Shown here: in pieces, positions 13,433-25,361 of the stretch
How the letters are laid out: each line of letters starts with the position of its first letter
Position numbering within the stretch: the first letter of the stretch is position 1
NCBI RefSeq assembly: GCF_006345805.1
Contig: NC_043000.1
Coordinates: forward strand, 151,404,001-151,468,000
Reading direction: 5' to 3'
From: Octopus sinensis
Lineage: Eukaryota
DNA: 64,000 bases
Notes under the pieces: generated by a model
What the model saw: the letters and a program-made list of their open reading frames with translations, nothing else
Told to the model about the DNA's origin: nothing
The model's database searches: none
Made by a program: the position numbers and the translations under genes

Positions 13433-13687
13433 ACACAAAGGGATTCATACAAGACCGTAAAGAAGTACTGGTTCGATTTCTGTCTCTCTCTTCCCCCTCT
13501 TTCTCTCTCCGTCTCCCTCTCTCTCCCTCTGTTTGTCTGTCTCTGTCTCTTTCTCTCTTGGTCTCTGTATCTGTCTCTGTCTCTCTCTCTCTCTCACTTA
13601 TTGCTAAAGAGAAAAGAAATCAAACACAGTACTTGGTACACAAAGGGTTTGGACCCTAAAGAAGTACTAGTTCAATTTCTGTCTGTC

Positions 13688-13774
<87 letters not shown>

Positions 13775-13851
13775 GCTATAGAGAAAAGAAATCGAATACA
13801 GTACTTGGTACACAAAGAGTTTGGGCCGTAAAGAAGTACTGGTTCAATTTC

Positions 13852-13900
<49 letters not shown>

Positions 13901-13905
13901 CTCTC

Positions 13906-13937
<32 letters not shown>

Positions 13938-14043
13938 CTCTCTCTCTTTCTCTCTTTCTTTCCTTCTTTCATTCATTCATTCATTCTTTCTTTCTCTCCT
14001 ATTCCTAAAGAGAAAACAAAATCGAACTCAGTACATGGTACTT
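13433..14043 (+). repeat. Tandem ~85-bp hairpin modules alternating with (CT)n
   Basis: Full modules at 13598-13682 and 13770-13852. Half modules at 13433-13482 and 13999-14043. Confidence 0.85.
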
Positions 14044-14967
14044 AATCAAATCCGGAAAGTTAAAAGCCCCAAATTGGCCGCGCCTGAATTTGAACTCGAA
14101 GTCTGGGAATATATATATACCGCATACAAATTCGCCACCTTAGATGAGTAATTCGTGTATTTTAAAATCATATTAAAACATAAAAGAGTGGATATAGTGC
14201 AGTATTTAATTTTGTCTCTCTAGTTTCTGTTTAGATCTAACTATGATTCGATTTTCCGTTTCATCTCTAAGGGATTGATAATACGTTATCGACCAGACTA
14301 AACTATTGTTTTAATTATTATTATTTCTCATATTAGCAGATGGTATATACATTTGTAGTAAAAAGATATAATTAAACGAATCTATTGAAATGTATGACTG
14401 GTATCCTTTACTTTTTATCTGGTTAAGAAGCTTGTTTTGCAACCACGGGGTTTCAGGGTCGGTTCCACTGCACAGTACTTGGGGCACGTGTTTTCTTCCT
14501 TAGCCCCGGACCAACCAAAGCCTTGTGAGTGAATTTAGTAGACGGAAATTGGGATCTTTACCTTTTGACCGGCAGATTTAGAAAATAATTTTTTGTAACT
14601 AAACACTTTCAAACTTCGTATACTGGTAGAATGTGACATATAAAACATCTTTACTCTTAGCGTTTTTGAGAAAAGTTTATATTTACGAAGTTATTTCGTG
14701 TTAAAGTTGTTGTATTTCGGTAATTTCAACCAATCAATGACTTCTTAACGATTTAACAAAAGAGGTCAATAAAATTGATACTAGTGGTCAATTTATTCAC
14801 ATAAAACCCTTTGGGTACCGCCCTAACATAGCCGCGGTCCAGTGACATAAATGATTGACAAAAGGTAACCAAAGTCTAATTCGGTAGTAATTACAGACTA
14901 AAGTCATGAAACCAAAATTAAATTCTGCAAACTGCTTCATCATTTAAATCATTTCATTGTACACTTT

Positions 14968-15366
14968 CTCTTTTATTCTCTTTTACTTGTTTCAGTCATT
15001 TGACTGCGGCCATGCTGGAGCACCGCCTTTAGTCGAGCAAATCGACCCCGGGACTTATTCTTTGTAAGCCCAGTACTTATTCTATCGGTCTCTTTTGCCG
15101 AACCGCTAAGTGACGGGTACGTAAACACACCAGCATCGGTTGTCAAGCAATGCTAGGGGGACAATCACAGACACACAAACACATACATATATATATATAT
15201 ACATATATACGACAGGCTTCTTTCAGTTCCCGTCTACCAAATCCACTCACAAGGCATTGGTCGGCCCGGGGCTATAGCAGAAGACACTTGCCCAAGATGC
15301 CACGCAGTGGGACTGAACCCGGGACCATGTGGTTGGCTACTTACCACACAGCCACTCCTTCGCCTA
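14968..15366 (-). mobile_element. SINE family A
   Basis: Full-length reverse-complement match to family A. Confidence 0.92.
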
Positions 15367-15876
15367 TTCATAATTTAAAAAACTACAAATGATTTCTGAT
15401 ATTGGCACAAGGCCACATTTTTGCTGGGAAGAGGGTACGTATATATATCGGTGTGTATAAGCAATTCGCAGTATTTATCCGTGATTATTTTAGTGATCCC
15501 GGAAGGAAGAAAATTAAAATTGACCATGACTACACTTAAATTAGAAACCAAGAAATGAAACTAAATAATGTGAGGCGTTTTATCGTTTCTACCAATTGCC
15601 TGCACAATGTGTTAATAAGTCGTTACAAAATTGATTGTTGAAGTCATAAGAATGTGTTATAAACTACCAGGAGATCGTGCTATAATTCTTTATTTGGAAG
15701 TGGATCCCGAAGCACATAAAGCTATAAATAATAGCGTGTAAATAAAGAGTCGAAAAAAGTCGAAGGCTGCCCTGGGACTCGAACCTACACCTACAATTAG
15801 TAGACCACCTGTCTTGTCAACAAATATAGATTCGAGTCCTACGTGCAGCTTCAACTTTTTCTATACAAAAGGGTTT

Positions 15877-16293
15877 TAAGGCGGCGAGCTGGCAGAAACG
15901 TTAGCGCGCCGGGCAAAATGCGTGGTCGTATTTCGTCTGCCGTTACGTTCTGAGTTCAAATTCCGCCGAGGTCGACTTTGCCTTTCATCCTTTCGGGGAT
16001 CGATAAATTAAGTACCAGTTACGCACTGGAGTCGATGTAATCGACTTAATCCGTTTGTCTGTCCTTGTTTGTCCTCTCTGTGTTTAGCCCCTTGTGGGTA
16101 GTAAAGAAATAGGTATTTCGTCTGCCATTACGTTCTGAGTTCAAATTCCGCCGAGGTCGACTCTGCCTTTCATCCTTTCGGGGTCGATAAATAAAGTACC
16201 AGTTTCGCACTGGGGTCGATGTAATAGACTTAGTCCCTTTGTCTGTCCTTGTTTGTCCCCGTCTATGTTTAGCTCCTTGTGGGCAATAAAGAA
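15877..16293 (+). mobile_element. SINE family B, dimeric form
   Basis: Head AAGGCGGCGAGCTGGCAGAAACGTTAGC and B-box-like GAGTTCAAATTC. The second monomer starts at GGTATTTCGTCTG. Approximate TSD TATACAAA(A)GGG. Confidence 0.92.
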
Positions 16294-16993
16294 ATATATA
16301 CAAAGGGGGATTTTTTTCAGCCCAATATTTACATGCTATAATTTAGAGAGCTACGTGCTTCGAGATCCAGTGTTCTAAAAAAAGATACTTTAAACTATTA
16401 ATTGTTACATTGCTTATCTATTTTGTGTCACTTTTCACTCTTTCCCTTTTTTATCTTATCTATCATGATTTGTTTATTGCTTTGGGGGTTTTTTATGGCT
16501 CTGAGTAGATTCAGATTTTTATTTAAAACAACAGAATTCTGCTTGCATTAAATATTGTAATATATTTCGTAGTTTCTTATCTATTTTATTTATTTTTTAT
16601 GGTTTTATTAAAAAATTTTTTTTTTTTTTTCTCTATGAATTATGATTTCTTGGATGGAACAGCAGCGTGACACCTAACACGATACTCAACACGTGCTATA
16701 TTGGTTTAGGTTTGCTCGCTGACACCGTCGTGTGACACCCAGCACGGCACTCAACACGTGCTACATCAGGTGGTGTTATAGATTGTAATGAGTGCCACAT
16801 CTTCAACAAAAGACTCAGTTATTTTTTCCGTTTTAGTTTCCTTTTGTGTTGTTCTTTTTTATATATATAAAAAAAATTATGCAATAAATCTTTTTGATAG
16901 CACTGGTCTTTTAGTACCGATAAGCTTGTAAAAACTGCAGGTGTCGGATTAACTAACTCTCTAGGAAAAACCACGTTTCCACATTATTTTCTC

Positions 16994-16996
<3 letters not shown>

Positions 16997-17043
<47 letters not shown>

Positions 17044-17047
17044 GTGT

Positions 17048-17100
<53 letters not shown>

Positions 17101-17523
17101 TTATATATGTATGTATATATGTATATATATGTATATATGTATGTATATATATATATATATGTATGTATGTATGTATGTACGTACATATGTATGTATGTGT
17201 GTGTATGTACGCACGTATTTATGTATGTATGTATGTATGTATGTACGTATGTATGTATGCATGTATGTATGTATGTATGTATGAATGTATTTATGTATGC
17301 ATGTATGTATGTATGTATGTATGTATGAATGTATGTATGTATGTATGTACGTACGTATGTGTGTATGTATGTAGGTATGTATGTATGTATGTATGTATGT
17401 ATGTATGTGTATGTATGTGTGTGTGTGTATGTATGTATGTATGTATGTATGTATGTATGTATGTATGTATGTATGAATGTATGTATGTATGTATGTACGT
17501 ACGTATGTGTGTATGTATGTATG

Positions 17524-17557
<34 letters not shown>

Positions 17558-17577
17558 TGTATGCATGTATGTGTGTG

Positions 17578-17609
<32 letters not shown>

Positions 17610-17720
17610 TGTATGTATGTATGTATACATGAATGTATGCATGTATGTATGTATATATGTATGTGTGTATGTATGTATGCATGTATGTATGCATGTATGT
17701 ATGTATGTATGTATGTATGT
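16997..17720. repeat. (TA)n/(TATG)n microsatellite
   Basis: Read directly. Confidence 0.98.
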
Positions 17721-18397
17721 GACATTGCTATTAAAATGTCCGCCAGTATTCATGAGTTTAATTGTTATTGTTTATTTCGTTGTTCTTTGATATTGTTGTT
17801 TTTAATTCATGTAAACTTTTGATAGATGTGATTACTATTCATGATTGCATGTAATACAAGAAGATTACAATCACCCCATGTCACCTCCTCCTTAGTTCCA
17901 AGGATTCGTGCTTAATTAAGACACAATTTCTCATTGTCATCAATAAGGAGATAATGCTAAGCTCGTAGAAGATTTATCTCCCAAAAAAATATTCAAAGCA
18001 TAAGAATACAAGAGACTAGAATGCTGTAAATTACGTGGGTGTATATCTAAGGATAGGAAACTAGAATGCATTGAACGTGTGCAATCTCCACACAATCAAC
18101 TTAGAGTGTGTCGGTTAGGATAAGGTTTTTGGTATTGCATTGTGTGTGTAACCAAGACATTTACCCTCGCAAATGGCTTATCCGTTCCGAGTTAATGGCA
18201 TTCTACACCGTTGCAAACAATCCGTAAGCATCGAAGAAAACATGAGGTACACACGCTCTTGGCTATATATATATATATATGTAACTTACTTGGAAATGGA
18301 TGCGTGGCGTTCGATCATATAATAATATAAATAAAATATAGAAGCATTTATACATGCATATATGTACATACTTATCGATATATGTATATGTACATGC

Positions 18398-18479
<82 letters not shown>

Positions 18480-18481
<2 letters not shown>

Positions 18482-18830
18482 CAGGACATCAAAAAAAAAC
18501 GTGAACAAAATGAAAAACGAGAACATAGAAACACAAAAAGATGGAAAACGAATTTATTTTCGGACACTTTAACCCTTTAACCCACCGCAAATATCCCAAA
18601 TTTTATTTGCGTTGCGGGAAGGACTGTTTTAATGAAGTCGCGTCTTGTCCCTATGTTCGAAACGCGGAGAAGATAAAACAAGGGACAAGTGATGACGGGA
18701 TTGTTCTTTATGTTGCTTGTCACGTTTCTCTATTTGTTTCTTTCGTTGTCCAAAAATAAATTCGTTTTCCATGTTTTTGTTTTTTGTTCTCGTTTTTCAT
18801 TTTGCTCACATTTTTTTTGACGTCCTGTAC
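18480..18830. mobile_element. Fold-back element with ~85-bp terminal inverted arms in (TA)n, probably a Penelope-like terminus
   Basis: TACAGGACATC..TTATTTTCGGACA at the left is the reverse complement of TGTCCAAAAATAA..GACGTCCTGTA at the right. A related fragment lies at 9836-9980. Confidence 0.7.
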
Positions 18831-19077
18831 CCATATATGCATGTATATATACATATATATGTAGGTATATATATATATGTATGTATATATGCATATATAT
18901 ATATATATATATATATATCATTTATATTATGTTATATATACATATATATGCATACATATATATGTACACACATACATACACACACACACACATATATATA
19001 TATATCATTAGCCTGTATTCACGCTCTTTCATAGATATATTCACGCACTCGCATATATATAGACACCGATGTCATAT

Positions 19078-19136
<59 letters not shown>

Positions 19137-19205
19137 TATACACACATGCATATATACACAGATATATGTTGTGTGTATACATACCTACATACATATATAC
19201 ATGCA

Positions 19206-19238
<33 letters not shown>

Positions 19239-19634
19239 GCATATATACATACATACATACATACATGCATACATACATACATACATACATACATGCATAC
19301 ATACATACATACATACATACATACATACACACATACACGCATACATACACCATCTGGTGACGACAGAGCCACAATATCCACGTCTTGGTGCCAAATTGAA
19401 AATATTCGCTAAACAATTACAACACGTCGCATGTAAAAAAGAAGTATGTTAGAAAATGGTGTGAAGTGTAACATCATTTTGTCTGTATAAGATTGATACA
19501 AGAATAATATAACGCGAGGATAGAATATATCAGGCTTTGATAGTAGGTCACAGCATTTGTTTCTGCGCCGCGCACCAGCTTTAAGTTGCTGAGTTTTTAG
19601 TCATATACTATTATAGAAAATTGTTCTTTATAAT

Positions 19635-20040
19635 TACTCTATACTCTTTACTCTTTTACTTGTTTCTGTCATTTGACTGCGGCCATGCTGGAGCACCTCC
19701 TTTAATCGAGCAAATCGACCCCGGGACTTATTCTTTGTAAGCCCAGTACTTATTCTATCGGTCTCTTTTGCCGAACCGCTAAGTGACGGGGACGTAAACA
19801 CACCAGCATCGGTTGTCAAGCAATGCTAGGGGGACAAACACAGACACACAGACACATACACACACACTTATATATATATACATATATATGACAGGCTTCT
19901 TTTAGTTTCCGTCTACCAAATCCACTCACAAGGCATTGGTCGGCCCGGGGCTATAGCAGAAGACACTTGCCCAAGATTCCACGCAGTGGGACTGAACCCG
20001 GGACCATGTGGTTGGCTACTTACCACACAGCCACTCCTAC
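19635..20040 (-). mobile_element. SINE family A
   Basis: Reverse-complement match to family A. Confidence 0.92.
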
Positions 20041-20460
20041 GTTGAATATTTTTTCAGCAACAGCCGTGTGGAATACGATTCATTGGAGTTTTCAGAATAT
20101 TCTATTTTTTAACTATAGAGCAATTATAACTAGTTATAACTGATCTTCTGTAATGTTATATTTTAGATATTCTATAATGTTATATGAATATAAAGTCAGC
20201 CACTTAAAGCTGGTGTGCAGCGCATAATGTCAAAGCCTAATATCCACCATCCTCGTGTGATCTTATTCAGAATATATATGTATGTGTGTGTGTGTGTGTG
20301 TGTGTGTATGTATATATGTTTTTATGTATGCGTGTACGCGTGTGTGTGTTTAATTGGTTCGTAGTAAGTCGTATTAACTATTAAAGTCCTTATGGGCATT
20401 ATGAATACGCTTATATCGTTATATTCACTTTCGTTTTACAAATTATTTTATGATAACATA

Positions 20461-21369
20461 CGACAGGGTGCCCAAAAGTTACCGGGAAACGTTCTCGGTG
20501 AGACAAACGTTCTCTGTGATGCAAACTCCTTGTAGTGTAGGCTTCCGATGCTAGAAGCCTCTTGGTGCAACCCTCAGGTTTCAGTCTGCCTATCGGCGGC
20601 GTCGACTGAAGTCGTACTACCACGTGATGCATCTTTGTTTTGCAGTGCTTCTCCCCTGTTCGTCGATGTTTGCGATGGCTGAAACGAAGGAACAGCGTGC
20701 ATCCGTGAAATTCTGTTTTCTGCCGGAGAAAACGGCGGTCGAAACCGTTGTCATGCTTCAAACAGCTTACAAGTACTCTGCCGTGAGCAAAAGACAAGTT
20801 TGTGAATGGTTTACATGCTTTAGGAATGATCATTTGTCACTTGAAGATCAACCTTATTCAGGACGACCGTCGACATCCCGAAGGAATGAAAAAAAAACAA
20901 AGTAATTCCTGAACTTATCTTGGAGGACCGTCGCCGAACAATTGACGAACTTCTTGCTATGACTGGGGCTTCTGTCAATGAATTTTAAGCGAGGAATTGC
21001 GAATGAAAAGAGTTGCAGCAAAATTTCTGCCTTGCTCGCTCACAGAAGATCAAAAGCAGTCACGACTGAATGCATGTCGTAAATCGCAAGAACAGTTGGA
21101 AGTTGATCCGTACCTTTTTTCGAAGGTCATCACTGGTGACGAAAGCTGGTGCTACGAAATTTGCAGATGTGAAAGAGGGGAAGAAAAAGACGACGGAGAC
21201 GTTAAAAGGCATCACTTCGCAAGAGTTCGAAGCACTGCTTCGAACAGTAGAAAACGTGTCTGGACCTATGCATTGCTCGAAATGGAGAAAAACTTTGAGA
21301 GCGATAAAAGTGTAAACATGAGTGAATAAAGTAATACTGCAAAATTCTGGTTTGTTTTGGGTACCCTCG
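20461..21369 (+). mobile_element. Non-autonomous mariner with both TIRs and an internal deletion
   Basis: Ends TA|CGA(CA)GGGTGCCCAAAA and TTTTGGGTACCCTCG|TA. Reads MAETKEQRASVKFCF, SGRPST, MKRVAAKF, then ITGDESWCY joined directly to the C-terminal segment. Confidence 0.92.
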
Positions 21370-22322
21370 TATAAAATTCTTCGCCGTCAGTTGGTGAACC
21401 TGTCACTGTGATTCCGGTCATATTCTTACAATGAAACGTTAAGATACTTAATTAAACTTGTTACTAGCAGTCGTCCTCCTTTCTGGGTTTGTTAATACCT
21501 AAAATAAATATGAATGAATTCGCTATAGGATGGATAATTGCTTTAGAAGGGTTTTGATTAGTTAAGAATGTTGATTTTACATATATCCAATAAAATGATA
21601 GTTGACGTTCATCGTCATAAAAATGCGTAAAAATACATAAAAGAAACGAGCAAACAAGGAATTTTGCTGTAGCAATTTTGTTTTGTTTTATGATTTTTTC
21701 TATTTTAGCAAAATACTTTACTATTGTGAATGAATTATTATTCTAATCCGAAAATTTTTCCAGTGTGTATTGTAATGATGAAGGGACAAAATATTCTTTA
21801 ATTTTTATATCGGTGGATAAAAGAACAAATTTCAGGAAAAAGTAACATAACCTGTGCAGTTTCAGGTTTTGTTTAAGTTGGGTGCAGCTTGGTTGATGAT
21901 GTTCAATATTATAAAAGCTCTTTATTATTTCCAGTCTTTCGGTTTCCAAACGAACTGAGATAATAAGGTTAAGTTTTCCATTCCCTTTGATCTGAATGAG
22001 TGTAGATGCTAGTAAAATCGGTTATAAAAATTATTCTTTGTGATTCCTTTTGTGGTTGTTGCACATGCTCTGTATATCACTACTTTGGAGAAGCAGGATC
22101 ATCTAAGTGGAGAGATTGAAGGATTTCTGCATTTACAAGTTAGTTGTTCAGTGGGAACAGTCAGTAATGGTGTTTCATCTGAGAAGCGCTCTTCTCCAAG
22201 CAGCAATTTGTGATGTTAACATTATTATTGTTGAAGAATTTGCGGTATTTGTACGTAAGTGAGAAACGCTGTTCTACTGGGGATAGAAAGTTACTGACTA
22301 TATCTGTGGCTAAATTATTGTT

Positions 22323-22698
22323 GTCTTTTTCTTCCCCTCTTTCACATCTGCAAATTTCGTAGCACCAGCTTTCGTCACCAGTGATGACCTTCGAAAAAAA
22401 GGTACGGATCAACTTCCAACTGTCCTTGCATTTTACGACACGCATTCAGTCGTGACTTCTTCTGATCTTCTGTGAGCAAGCAAGGCTGAAATTTTGCTGC
22501 AACTCTTTTCATTCACGCAAATCCTCGCTTAAAATTCATTGACAGAAGCCCCAGTCATAGCAAGAGGTTCGTCAATTGTTCGGCGACGGTCCTCCAAGAT
22601 CAGTTGATGAATTTCTTTGTTTTTGTTTTTCATTCCTTCGGGATGTCGACGGTCGTCCTGCATGAGGTTGGTCTTCAAATGACAAGTGATCATTCCTA
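22323..22698 (-). mobile_element. Internal mariner fragment, inverted copy of 20821-21191
   Basis: The reverse complement aligns along its length with the 20461 element. No TIRs. Confidence 0.92.
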
Positions 22699-23007
22699 GA
22701 TTAAACGAGATTATCATCCTCCTCATGGTTCTGCTAATTTACTTATTGGAGTCCTTCTAATATGATAACCTCTTGTTAAAACCGCTTTTGGTTAGTAACT
22801 CATTATAACAGAAGGTGGTCCCTTTAATGATGTCTCTTTCTGAGAATAGATCGAAGACGCTCTTCCTTCTTTTTGGAAAGTTCTTAGTTAAGGCTAATGA
22901 AGGAGTGATTGGAATTTTTCGGCATATATATTCGGGGCCATTTTACGTCTATGTTTAAAATAGTACTATATCTAAAAGGTTAGTTATTCTAAACTTGGTA
23001 TTATTAT

Positions 23008-23910
23008 CCCATCTATCCATCTTCCCTGCCCACTGTTCCTGGGAGAGTCAAGGAGGTAGAGTGCTTAGGCACCTCCTCCGTAGGATCCTGTCAGAAGCAA
23101 CCACCATTAGACTTTCCGGCTGGATTCCTCAGCGTGACCAACTGAGACTATGAATATTATCCATCTCCGTCTTGGTCTACACCGAAGTCTTCTACCCGTT
23201 TGACTGGGCTTGAAGAATCTGTCTTGCTATTCTTTCCTACGACATTATAACTACATTCCGTTGTACCTGAGCTGTGGCCTCTCAATGCGGAGAAGTATCA
23301 GTTCAACTTGGAGAGGCTACGTATTTTCTTGAGTGACGTTACTCCAAAGACCCTTCGGAAGAAACCCATTTCAGCCACTTCTATTCGCGTACTCTTTCAG
23401 TCATTGCCAAATATTCATGACCTAGTGAAGATAGGCACCAAACTGAAGATAGTGAGTTTGACTTTTTTTTACCAACCTCTTCTGAGGATCGAATGCTGGA
23501 GCCGGCGCATTACTCTGCCGGCACTTCTTACAATTCTAGCATCCAATTCAGCTTCCTGCCTTCTATAACTTGTGAATATGGCCCTGAGATACTTAAACTT
23601 CTCCACTTGCCCCAGTAAGTGCAGAGTACACTAGAAATACTTTCTAGAGAGGATCAACAGCTCAGTCTTCGCAACCCTAATTCACATCCTTGACTTGCAG
23701 CACTCGACAGTGAATCCATTAAGTGCATGCTGGAGATCACCCCCTGATCAGCCAAGTAAACACCATGTCGTCTACAAATAACAGCCGACCGATCCTACAC
23801 CCACCGATATTGATACCACTTCCACAATGGCTGCGCATATCAATCTTGTAAATAAAAATTATGGAAAGGAGAGATAACAATAAGCCGAAGTCCAGCACCT
23901 ACGCTGCAAG
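23008..23910 (-). mobile_element. 5'-truncated RTE-clade (Expander/Rex3-like) LINE
   Basis: Minus strand reads GCRIGRLLFVDDMV, DLQHALNGF and QVEKFKYL. GATGG-like tail near 23010, and TATTATT on both flanks. Confidence 0.75.
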
Positions 23911-24965
23911 ATATTATTCGTTATGTATAGACGAAGTTCCTTGGATATTCCAATTAGATCCTTCGCAAAATTTATCCATAGCGTGGCTGTTCATGTTGTG
24001 AGATTACTAATCTTTCATCTCTATATTGTCTGGAGTTATAAAGGATGAAACGCTTTTTAAGAGTGTCAAGAATAAATAATCCTACGAGATCAGTTATTTC
24101 CATATCGTCAAAGCTCCTCATGAAGCTCTTGAACAGAGATCACCCTCTCTCTTTTAATCCAATTGATATAAAAGCGAGTTCCTACTGATCATTATAACTA
24201 CTAGCAGAAAGATCGCCCTCCAGGCGGGTTTCTGATAGCCACTTGATAATATTTTCACATTGATATTTTCAGTCGCATATGTTTTGGGGCGCCCCATGTT
24301 GAATTGCAAAATTCTGATGTGATATTTGTGTAATAACGAAATCAAACCTGGAGTGTGGGTACATGTGAGACAGAGAGTGGGGAAGAGGGAACGTTGCAAA
24401 CAATGACTGAAATAACCATGAAATGAAAAAATCTTATAAATAAAGGCTCATTACAAACTATCCTGTACCAAGTACTTAAATTTGTGAACTTGAAATATTC
24501 AATAATAAAAAGAAGTTCAGAAAGTATATTTTCCTGAAAACTTCAATTCATAAAAAAATCTCACTTGCTTAGTAAATATTTCTTTCAGTAATTTATTGTA
24601 GTTGTAATATATCTCTAATTTAAGCAAACTTCAAGGTAACCCAACTACGTTTAGCGTACTAGAAATTGCAACGATCACATAATTATTATTGTTAGGCTTA
24701 AAGCGTTCCAAACAGCCATACCAACAAAATTACTTCTTAGTTTAAAAGAAAACTTATACCGGTATATTAAGAAATATTCCTTTTATCGAAAATATTCATT
24801 TAACAAGCTCCGGAAACTGATATTTTCAGAAGCCTCAAAGATATACAGCTTTTTTTTTTTTGTCTAATAGCATTCATTGAATACTTTTTTTATATTACGT
24901 ATATAGAATAAACTGTGGGTTTTGCAAATAGCGAGTTAAAACTTGAAATGAAATATATATTAATT

Positions 24966-25015
<50 letters not shown>

Positions 25016-25018
<3 letters not shown>

Positions 25019-25361
25019 CGGAGATGTACTTGCATAGCAAGTGATTTGATCTGAGATCGTGTGCTGAAACGAAAACAATTGCAGCGTGGAAGGTGTTTGT
25101 AAGCCATTTAAGAAATACACAAAGGACGTTCGATTCACTTCAACATTTAAGTCTAATTTGTCAAAATATTTTCGTTGCTTTAAGACCGCGACCTGTTCAC
25201 TGACAAAAATCCGATGCAGCACGGATTTTTGTCAGTGAACAGGTCGCGGTGTTATAGTGACGAAAATATTTTGACAAATTAGACTTAAATGTTGAAGTGA
25301 ATCGAACGGCTTTTGTGTGTTTCTTAAATGGCTTACAAACACCTTCCACGCTGCAATTGTT
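25016..25361 (-). mobile_element. Penelope-like terminus with ~140-bp fold-back and G3:C8 hammerhead variant
   Basis: Arms 25074-25213 and 25222-25361. HHR motifs at 25157-25207 (-) and 25228-25278 (+). (TA)n flanks. Confidence 0.82.

Larger units (their letters stand above)
21790..24350 (-). mobile_element. Decayed Penelope-like retroelement ORF (RT, Cys linker, GIY-YIG), interrupted twice
   Basis: Minus-strand order: ILQFNMG (~24300), SRNSLLY, MRSFDDMEITDLVGLFIL (24121-24068), YRDE (24025-24014), ITNLLDIV (~22985), NSNH, YNELLTKSGF, RRMIISFN (~22710), NNLATDIVSNFL..KYRKFFN, CKCRNPSISPLR*SC, VIYRA, NRFY*HLHSFR, LSQFVWK. Confidence 0.85.

Noticed and set aside
16668-16763. Two ~32-bp direct repeats (GTGACACC..CTCAACACGTGCTA)
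   Set aside because: Only two diverged copies, probably inside an old repeat. No function can be supported.
22098-22104. In-frame TGA in the PLE Cys linker as selenocysteine
   Set aside because: It falls at the Gly of CPLxG (GGA to TGA), not at a Cys. The element has many other lesions and I saw no SECIS.
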